A stretch of DNA of 64,000 bases from Balanoglossus misakiensis. Taxonomy: Eukaryota > Animalia > Hemichordata. The number at the start of each line of letters is the position of its first letter. Within the stretch, counting starts at the first letter, position 1. Shown piece after piece: positions 13,583 to 26,453 of the stretch. The notes beneath the pieces were generated by a model. The model was not told the DNA's origin. It saw only the letters and a list, made by a program, of their open reading frames with translations, and made no database searches. Location: the NCBI GenBank assembly GCA_040954595.2, contig CM082580.2, positions 14,398,389-14,462,388 of the forward strand, written 5' to 3'. Made by a program: the position numbers and the translations under genes.

Positions 13583-13842
13583 CATAAAATCATGAGCTAT
13601 AACCCTTGAAAAATGTCAAGAAACGGCAAAATGAGCGAAATTCGAAAAGTCGGAAAACTGTCGTTTTGTCATAAAATCATGAGCTATAACCCATTAAAAA
13701 TGTCAAGAAACGACAAAATGAGCGAAATTCGAAAGGTCGGAAAACTGTTATTTTTCATAAAATCATGAGCTATAAGCCATGAAAAATGTCATGAAACGAC
13801 AAAATGAGCGAAATTCGAAAAGTCGGAAAACTGTCATTTTTT
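13583..13842 (-). repeat. Satellite D: three 86-87 bp units, inverted relative to A/B
   Basis: Units start 13583, 13670 and 13756 (CATAAAATCATGAGCTATAACCC...AAAATGAGCGAAATTCGAAAAGTCGG); the reverse complement carries GGGTTATAGCTCATG and CGACTTTTCGAATTT. Confidence 0.88.
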
Positions 13843-16754
13843 TATAACCATCCCAGCTCAAAATATCTTTAATTCTTGACTTTGTGACGTTTGCTCATTT
13901 TAGCGTTTTCAGGTCATATTCATGGACTATAACTCAACCCAGCTCAAAATTTCTCAAATCCTCGACTTTGTGAATTTTGCTCATTTTAGCGTTTTCAGGT
14001 CATATGCATGGACTATAACCCATCCCAGCTCAAAATTTCTCAAATTTTCGACTTTGTGAATTTTGCTCATTTTAGCGTTTTCAGGTCATATGCATGGACT
14101 ATAACCCATCCCAGCTCAAAATTTCTCAAATCCTCGACTTTGTGAATTTTGCTCATTTTAGCGTTTTCAGGTCATATTCATGGACTATAACCCATCCCAG
14201 TTCAAAATTTCTCAAATCCTCGACTTTGTGAATTTTGCTCATTTTAGCGTTTTCAGGTCATATGCATGGACTATAACCCATCCCAGCTCAAAATTTCTCA
14301 AATTCTTGACTTTGTGATGTTTGCTCATTTTAGCGTTTTCAGGTCATATGCATGGACTATAACCCATCCCAGCTCAAAATTTCTCAAATTTTCGACTTTG
14401 TGAATTTTGCTCATTTTAGCGTTTTCAGGTCATATGCATGGACTATAACCCATCCCAGCTCAAAATTTCTCAAATCCTCGACTTTGTGAATTTTGCTCAT
14501 TTTAGCGTTTTCAGGTCATATGCATGGACTATAACCCATCCCAGCTCAAAATTTCTCAAATTTTCGACTTTGTGAATTTTGCTCATTTTAGCGTTTTCAG
14601 GTCATATGCATGGACTATAACCCATCCCAGCTCAAAATTTCTCAAATCCTCGACTTTGTGAATTTTGCTCATTTTAGCGTTTTCAGGTCATATTCATGGA
14701 CTATAACCCATCCCAGTTCAAAATTTCTCAAATCCTCGACTTTGTGAATTTTGCTCATTTTAGCGTTTTCAGGTCATATGCATGGACTATAACCCATCCC
14801 AGCTCAAAATTTCTCAAATTTTCGACTTTGTGAATTTTGCTCATTTTAGAGTTTTCAGGTCATATGCATGGACTATAACCCATCCCAGCTCAAAATTTCT
14901 CAAATTCTCGACTTTGTGAATTTTGCTCATTTTAGCGTTTTCAGGTCATATGCATGGACTATAACCCATCCCAGCTCAAAATTTCTCAAATCCTCGACTT
15001 TATGAATTTTGTTCATTTTAGCGTTTTCAGGTCATATGCATGGACTATAACCCATCCCAGCTCAAAATTTCTCAAATCCTCGACTTTATGAATTTTGCTC
15101 ATTTTAGCGTTTTCAGGTCATATGCATGGACTATAACCCATCCCAGCTCAAAATTTCTCAAATCCTCGACTTTGTGAATTTTGCTCATTTTAGCGTTTTC
15201 AGGTCATATGCATGGACTATAACCCATCCCAGCTCAAAATTTCTCAAATCCTCGACTTTGTGAATTTTGCTCATTTTAGCGTTTTCAGGTCATATGCATG
15301 GACTATAACCCATCCCAGCTCAAAATTTCTCAAATTTTCGACTTTGTGAATTTTGCTCATTTTAGCGTTTTCAGGTCATATGCATGGACTATAACCCATC
15401 CCAGCTCAAAATTTCTCAAATTCTCGACTTTGTGAATTTTGCTCATTTTAGCGTTTTCAGGTCATATGCATGGACTATAACCCATCCCAGCTCAAAATTT
15501 CTCAAATTCTCGACTTTGTGAATTTTGCTCATTTTAGCGTTTTCAGGTCATATGCATGGACTATAACCCATCCCAGCTCAAAATTTCTCAAATCCTCGAC
15601 TTTGTGAATTTTGCTCATTTTAGCGTTTTCAGGTCATATGCATGGACTATAACCCATCCCAGCTCAAAATTTCTCAAATCCTCGACTTTGTGAATTTTGC
15701 TCATTTTAGCGTTTTCAGGTCATATGCATGGACTATAACCCATCCCAGCTCAAAATTTCTCAAATCCTCGACTTTGTGAATTTTGCTCATTTTAGCGTTT
15801 TCAGGTCATATTCATGGACTATAACCCATCCCAGTTCAAAATTTCTCAAATTCTCGACTTTGTGAATTTTGCTCATTTTAGCGTTTTCAGGTCATATTCA
15901 TGGACTATAACCCATCCCAGCTCAAAATTTCTCAAATTCTCGACTTTGTGAATTTTGCTCATTTTAGCGTTTTCAGGTCATATGCATGGACTATAACCCA
16001 TCCCAGTTCAAAATTTCTCAAATCCTCGACTTTGTGAATTTTGCTCATTTTAGCGTTTTCAGGTCATATGCATGGACTATAACCCATCCCAGCTCAAAAT
16101 TTCTCAAATCCTCGACTTTGTGAATTTTGCTCATTTTAGCGTTTTCAGGTCATATTCATGGACTATAACCCATCCCAGTTCAAAATTTCTCTAATTCTCG
16201 ACTTTGTGAATTTTGCTCATTTTAGCGTTTTCAGGTCATATTCATGGACTATAACCCATCCCAGCTCAAAATTTCTCAAATTCTCGACTTTGTGAATTTT
16301 GCTCATTTTAGCGTTTTCAGGTCATATGCATGGACTATAACCCATCCCAGTTCAAAATTTCTCAAATCCTCGACTTTGTGAATTTTGCTCATTTTAGCGT
16401 TTTCAGGTCATATGCATGGACTATAACCCATCCCAGTTCAAAATTTCTCAAATCCTCGACTTTGTGAATTTTGCTCATTTTAGCGTTTTCAGGTCATATG
16501 CATGGACTATAACCCATCCCAGCTCAAAATTTCTCAAATCCTCGACTTTGTGAATTTTGCTCATTTTAGCGTTTTCAGGTCATATGCATGGACTATAACC
16601 CATCCCAGCTCAAAATTTCTCAAATCCTCGACTTTGTGAATTTTGCTCATTTTAGCGTTTTCAGGTCATATGCATGGACTATAACCCATCCCAGCTCAAA
16701 ATTTCTCAAATTCTCGACTTTGTGAATTTTGCTCATTTTGGCGTTTTCAAGTCA
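13843..16754 (+). repeat. Satellite C: 86-bp tandem array, about 34 units
   Basis: Unit ATAACCCATCCCAGCTCAAAATTTCTCAAATCCTCGACTTTGTGAATTTTGCTCATTTTAGCGTTTTCAGGTCATATGCATGGACT (e.g. 14101 to 14187). Confidence 0.98.
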
Positions 16755-17699
16755 AGTATTCCATTTAATCTAGTTCATAGAAAATTTTAATTTCCAAGTT
16801 TTGAAACCATAAACAAAAACGTTCAAGACAGAATTTCAGGTTATATAATATATTTATTATGATGCTTACTACTTAGTAAGCTTAAATATTTTCATTTCAC
16901 AATTTTTAATGGAAGATTGAAATGCAAAATACAAAAGGTAAGTTCAGTAAAGTTCAAATCCATTTTCATTGTTTCAACATTGATGGATACAAATCTACAA
17001 TGCATCAGCTTGGTAAACATCAATGGAAATACTGTTATCATTAGATGTTAGGTGGTCTCTGCAGACTGTCATTTACATCGCGGAAAATGGACACTTCGTC
17101 CTCAGCTTGGTTGCCTGATAACCATCTGGTCTTTGCATCTGCAAAACAAGCAATGTAGAAATGAATGTAAAATATACATGGACATGAACCAAAGCATGAT
17201 CACCACTGTACGCCAATTGTTGTTCATTCGCAGATGGTACATCACGGAGTTCTGTATGGCTGCCTGGAATTTCACTCTCTTTTTGGCACCTTGGTTAAAT
17301 TTTACTGCAACAACGATAGAGATCTGCCCATTTAAGCTTATAATTGTACTTAGTTAAACTGACAACTCCTGGACATTGTGAATAACCACACCCCACCCAC
17401 ACACCCCTAACCATGTATTGTCTCAGTCACTGCTTCAGTTTTCTTTCCCACAATTCTTACCTTCCCACAACCATGCAGTATTCTGGACATCAATCACACA
17501 GGCTGGCAATCATCTTAGCATCATCTACGGGATCCCTGGAATAAATGAAGAGTGTGTAAATGGAATGTCTCCTTCAAAGATGGCGAACACGTTTGTGCAA
17601 AAACAAAATGTCCACCTCTTGCATCCAGCAGTCAGGTCGGTTTTAAAACGTTGAATTGACATCCACATAAAGGACTGGGTCCATATTGTTACATGCAGG

Positions 17700-18540
17700 T
17701 TTGTGCAAAATCATTTCGCTTGACTGGGTAACGGCACCAGTCTGAATCGATACAAAATCTTCAAAATATCCACCATGATAAATGGGGCTTTGTCTATATC
17801 GCTTGTCAAACCTTGCTTGAAACCTCTGGTCTTCGTTCAGCCATTGAACATACTGCCCTTACCGCACCCAGCTATACTGCTGCATGGCGAAAATAACTAG
17901 TCACTTAGGCCCCAGCTTGGTTGATGAATACCATTATCAGTTGATCTCGTCTCTGGATCTGCAAAATAAGCAAATGAAGTGAATGTCTAATATTCTGTAA
18001 AATCAGTTTGCTTGACTGGGTAACGGCACCAGTCTGAATCGAAAAAAAAAATATTCAAAATGGCCACCATGTAAAGAGGGACTTTGATGTGTATATCGCT
18101 TGTCAAACCTTGCTTGAAACCTCTGGTCTTCGTTCAGCCATTTAACATACTGCCCTTACCGCACCCAGCTATACTGCTGCATGCAATACCATTATGAGTT
18201 GATCTCATCCCTGCATCTGCAAAACAATGAAACGAAGTGAATGTCGGTGATATTCATGATCGTTCAGCCATTGAACATACTGCCCTTACCTCACCCAGCT
18301 CTACTGCTGTATGGCAAAAAAACCTAGTCACTTAGGCCCAAGCTTGGTTGATGAATACCATTATGAGTTGATCTCGTCTCTGGATCTGCAAAACAAGCAA
18401 ATGGAGTGAGTGTCTGCAATATTCATGATCGTTCAGCCATGGAATATACCTGCCCTTACCTCACCCAGCTATACCGCTGCATGGCGAAAAAACTCTGGTC
18501 TCTGCATCTGCAAAACAAGCAAATAAAGTTAATGTCTGGA
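17700..18540. repeat. Irregular tandem duplications of an exon-like module
   Basis: GTTCAGCCATTGAACATACTGCCCTTACC(G/T)CACCCAGCTATACTGCTGCATG recurs at about 17835, 18132, 18262 and 18431, with a diverged copy at about 19590. Confidence 0.85.
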
Positions 18541-18600
18541 AAGTAAATACCTTATTTACCATTAAAAAAAAACAGACTAACAGAGACATACACACAAGCG

Positions 18601-19490
18601 AAGATGAGCGGTACGGAAATAAACCACTCTGTTTTATCAATACACGTATGTTTTTAATATTTTTTATTGAATAATGACGAAAGATAACATATCTAAAAAA
18701 ACCTGTATTAACTATATACGTGAGGGGGAAGATGATCGGTACGGAAATAAACCACTCTCAGTTTTATCAATACACGTATGTTTTTAATATTTTTTATTGA
18801 ATAATGACGAAAGATAACATATCTAAAAAACCTGTATTAACTATATACGTGAGGGGGAAGATGATCGGTACGGAAATAAACCACTCTCAGTTTTAACAAT
18901 ACACGTATGTTTTTAATATTTTTTATTGAATAATGACGAAAGATAACATATCTAAAAAACCTGTATTAACTATATACGTGAGGGGGAAGATGATCGGTAC
19001 GGAAATAAACCACTCTCAGTTTTATCAATACACGTATGTTTTTAATATGTTTTTATTGAATAATGACGAAAGATAACATATCTAAAAAACCTGTATTAAC
19101 TATATACGTGAGGGGGAAGATGATCGGTACGGAAATAAACCACTCTCAGTTTTATCAATACACGTATGTTTTTAATATTTTTTATTGAATAATGACGAAA
19201 GATAACATATCTAAAAAACCTGTATTAACTATATACGTGAGGGGGAAGATGATCGGTACGGAAATAAACCACTCTCAGTTTTATCAATACACGTATGTTT
19301 TTAATATTTTTTTATTGAATAATGACGAAAGATAACATATCTAAAAAAAACTGTATTAACTATATACGCGAGGGGAAGATGATCGGTACGGAAATAAACC
19401 ACTCCAAGTATTATGAGTGCGTGTATGTTTTTATTTTATTTTTATTGAATAATGACGAAAGATAACATTTCTAAAAAAACTTGTATTAAG
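18601..19490. repeat. 129-bp minisatellite, about 7 copies
   Basis: GATGATCGGTACGGAAATAAACCACTCTCAG... starts at 18603, 18731, 18860, 18989, 19119, 19248 and 19378. Confidence 0.97.
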
Positions 19491-20849
19491 TATTAACTGA
19501 CGGTCTGAGGGATGGGACCCACCCGCACCGGGGATTTTATTTATGTCTATATAACTTACTTGTTACGAAACTTCATCCACTGGTCTTCATTCAGCCATGG
19601 AACATACAAACGCTCACCTCATTGTAGTCTAGTTGCATGGCCCAAATATACCGTACAACTTACCGTACACGCATGCACACACGCATTCACAACAACGAGC
19701 ACCTTTCGAAGCATTCAAAGCCGATGAACTTGTTGGTGCCGTAACAAAAAGGACCCATGCACCGAGCATGTAGTCATGTTGGTTTTAAAACTGTAATGAC
19801 ATCCACATATGGCATCCGTATTGTTGCATTCTTCAGATTTGTGCAAAATTGGTTCGCTGAACTGGCTACCGGCACCAGTCAGAATCATTAAAAGTTCTTA
19901 AAAATTGCCCAAAAACTTGGCTAATACCGCTTACTTTGACATCATGCTTGATAACATCATAGCATCCACGCAGAGTATCCAACATCAGTTCATCTGGGCC
20001 TTCGATCTGCAAAAAATAAGGAAACAAATTGAATGCCTATCCATGAACACGAAACCAAATATCGACCCGTTATCACCGTACGCTAAACTGTTGTTCATTC
20101 GCACAGTGTACCGGGGTACATCATACACGACGACAATACATGTTTTAGGGCTTCGCTGACAGACAAGTAGCCTAGAACCCCAGCATGGCACTATGTAAAT
20201 TTACATATTTTCCAGTTTAGGCCTAAAGCCAAGCGGAACATTTTAAACTCCGACAAAATAAATATATATTTTTGGAGCAAAGACTGCACGGACACACAAA
20301 ATAACTGCTCCCAATATAAGAGTTTCAAGGCTTATTTTGCCATTGTCTGGTTGTATAATACACAATTTGCATTCACTCACACTCGAAAACACGCTGTCAA
20401 TTCATCGAACCCGCTACCAATTCATCGTAGCCCCCCTTTCCCGAAAAACTACCTTGTTTTTTATGTAAAAAAAAACCATGCCGCCCATCAGTAGAGGTTT
20501 AACACCGACTTGTCTTAATTTGATAAACCGTACATTTCAAGTTGAGTAACCCGAAAGGGTAGAATTTGTGAATGAAAACGCAGGGAAGCTCTGACTCGAG
20601 CTGTCTGACGGTGACGCATCCAAATTTTCAATTCTGTGGTGTACCCGTCTGGCTTTTTAGCTGTCCGTAATTCACCACACAATAACCCATGTTTCTGGTC
20701 AAAATGGAGTAACTATGTCTACTTCTGTTACTTTACTTACCGCTGTCGTCATGAAAACTATCCAGCGGAGAAACTCTGTTTGGGACAGAGTTTTCCGCAT
20801 CCTCTCCGCAACACGTCCTACGTCCAGCAGCGTGGCCGTCACTTTTGAA

Positions 20850-20965
20850 AATGCACGGAAGGCTAGACGGAAATTTCCAAGTGGAGGTGTCCAGGTGGCT
20901 CCAACCAATCAGCAGCGAAAACTTTGCTCTGACGCGTCTCAAGTCACGTGACCCGCACCAAATCA
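20850..20965 (-). promoter_or_regulatory. Putative TATA-less promoter
   Basis: CpG-rich. Perfect GTCACGTGAC E-box at 20943-20952, CCAAT at 20905-20909 and two CGGAA (ETS-like) cores at about 20856-20872, just upstream of the exon ending at the 20740 donor. Confidence 0.5.
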
Positions 20966-21082
20966 TCGTCACCTATGTAAATATCTATTCACACACAATG
21001 CGTTGTAAGATTCTAATCAGAATAAAAACATTTTCAAACATCTGCATTTTTTACTCTTTTTACCGGGTGGAAAGACCAGACC

Positions 21083-21345
21083 AGTCGAAAAATTGTCAAT
21101 TTTTGATGATTTTCATGAGCTATAACCAATGATATTTTTCAAAAATCGACGAATTTTTGAGATTTCGCAAAGTCGAAAAATTGTCAATTTTGATGATTTT
21201 CATGAGCTATTATAACCCATGATTTTTTTCAAAAATCGACGAAATTTTGAGATTTCGCAAAGTCAAAAAATTGTCAATTTTTGATGATTTTCATGGGCTA
21301 TAACCCATGATTTTTTTCAAAAATCGACGAAATTTTGAGATTTCG
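21083..21345 (-). repeat. Three inverted units of satellite B
   Basis: Reverse complement matches the ...CATCAAAAA(A/T)TGACAATTTTTCGACTTTGCGAAATCTC...TTTCGTCGATTTTTGA... subtype at 13260-13580. Confidence 0.92.
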
Positions 21346-22206
21346 ATAAATAAGTGTGACTGCGTTTAAGTTAGAGAGTTCTAAGTTTTGAATAGTATTA
21401 CAGTTGTGAACATTAATATCACTGATATTATAGCGATGTTCTTTTCATACGTACACGCATCGATTAAAGTTTAACTCAAAATGTTTGTTAGGAACAGGCT
21501 GCAGGGATCCGGATTTATAGAGCATGCAGTTGTACGATTCATCGCTAGAGGTCGCTCTTCACGATCCCTGTAGTACTCATCGAGATATGCTGTTTTAAGA
21601 TCCACCATCACTCAAAAGATCATTTCTGGGCCTTTGCAGGCACAATTTTTTACATTTCATAAAAACATCAGGATTTATTTCAAAACCCATATACAGCTAG
21701 TTGAGGAATTCTAAATGTCACAGTCGTCAGGCATATTTGACACAGCACTCCAAAATACATCTGCTGCGAAGCTATCACACAGAATCAATCATCATTTTTA
21801 CCAGCCAAAAAAAATTACAGAATGCTTGTTGGTTTCGAAAGTACATGAGTTTCAAGTTACACTGTCTACATTTCAAGAAAGATTTTGCATTTCTAATACC
21901 AACATTGATACCATGAAAGTGGCAACATTTCTCACTGGTGACACTATTTTTTTTTTATTTAGATAGATAACTGATAGTTTGTTCTGCTTAAAGAAGTAAG
22001 CATTCATGCAAAGAGTGTCAACATGTCCATAAAATAATTTCCGTTACCAATACAAGGTCTATGCTGTTGGAACGTTCCACACAAATATGACAAATTCCAT
22101 GATGAGTGTTTCATATATCAGGTGACCAATATGGACTTCACTGCTGAGACAAATACATAGCTGATACGGTTGAGGCATGGTGCATGACGTGACTAGAAAT
22201 AATGTG

Positions 22207-25100
<2,894 letters not shown>

Positions 25101-25304
25101 CGATTCTCAAAGATGAGCCCATGCGTATCACGTGACACGTTTAAAGTGGTGACGACATCAAATTTGTGCGCGCTTCCTGGCGCGGCGACAGCAGACGAAA
25201 AAATCACAAACTTTTTTTTTACATCAACACAAACAGAAATGACCTCTTTTCTCTGTTGCATATTCTTTAATGTTCGTTTTGTTTATGAAATATAGGAGTA
25301 TTAG
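25101..25304. promoter_or_regulatory. Bidirectional promoter and non-coding first exon of the ankyrin gene
   Basis: pip ATG at 25100 (-); + strand donor AG/GTAAGT at 25305; TCACGTGA at 25128-25135; CTTCCTGG (ETS-like) at about 25173; CpG-rich. Confidence 0.55.
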
Positions 25305-25724
25305 GTAAGTTCGTGACCAAAATTGAATTAGTTGAGTAGTTTTTCGAGGCATTTTTACTAAATGCATGGTCACGAAAGATTCCGATTGATGCGATTCTCG
25401 CCAGAGCATCATTTCCCCTCCACGAAAACAACATGTGGTTTATGACGATGTCCGGGAACGACCCAGCGTTTATATTTGAGAGATTATCTGCTAAAGCTAC
25501 CTGGTCAATAAGCGCTGTTGTTGAACTTGAACCTTGTTAACAGCAGCATCGATCTGATCGCGTGTGATGGGTACTGTAGCACTAGCAGCATTCCGAAAGT
25601 GATTGATTAAAAATCAAAACTGTAGACTGGTCAATGAGTATCTGCAGACAATAAAAATCAATTTCTACATTTTCAAGTATATTTCACATGTATTATCATT
25701 TTCCAGGCAATCAACCAAACCACA

Positions 25725-26386
25725 ATGGACCGCCTCAAAGTAGAAATTCTGGAACGTCTTGACAATTTCCAGATGCAAAACGTATATAGGTATATCAAAG
25801 CACATGTCAATGAGACTTTGGAATATACATGGCCGATAATACAAGCACATCACGAAACATTGGTGGATTATGCTAAGATAGGTAAATAATTTGTATACAT
25901 TTTGAAAGGGGCAGGTTAATAAAAATGTTTTTTTTTTTTTTCCGGGCATGGAACCGTAGATAATTGAATGCACTGATCTCAGTGTGAATTAGTGTTTAGA
26001 GTACTAAACTTTAATCTGATCAACATCTATCCTAGACAAAAATGCAAACAAAAAGAAATTATGTTATTGGATCACAGATTCTAGTATACATTTGAAAGAT
26101 ACCTAATTTCCGGCCACTTTCATTGAATTAAAACAATAAGTTGTTGAGTACATGATGATGCCTTGTAACTTTTATAGGATTGGTTGTACTGTTTACTGTT
26201 TCAACAGGTTTGGAAACTCTAAACACAGGTGCAGGATTCATCCTTCAGAACCATTTTGAAACAGTGATCTACTCATGTAGTTTGCTTCTCACTTTGCTGA
26301 TCCTCTGCCATTTATTGTGTCATTGGATGGGTAAGTAATATTGCTGAGATTAAACAGTAGTTTGTTGATGATGAAATCTCCTCCCT

Positions 26387-26453
<67 letters not shown>

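Larger units (their letters stand above)
16853..20870 (-). pseudogene. Decayed spliced transcription unit (pseudogene or lncRNA) with internally duplicated exon modules; product unknown
   Basis: Minus-strand GTAAG donors after 20741, 19664 and 17461. TTTTGCAG acceptors at about 20007, 18508, 18386, 18217, 17959 and 17139. AATAAA at 16858-16853. Exon 1+2 give a 66-codon ORF (MRKTLSQ...MTTA/IEGPDEL...DSDWCR*); paralogous modules carry stops and frameshifts. Confidence 0.5.

Noticed and set aside
1-16754. CRISPR-like array
   Set aside because: No unique spacers, head-to-tail satellite units, no cas genes, eukaryotic context.
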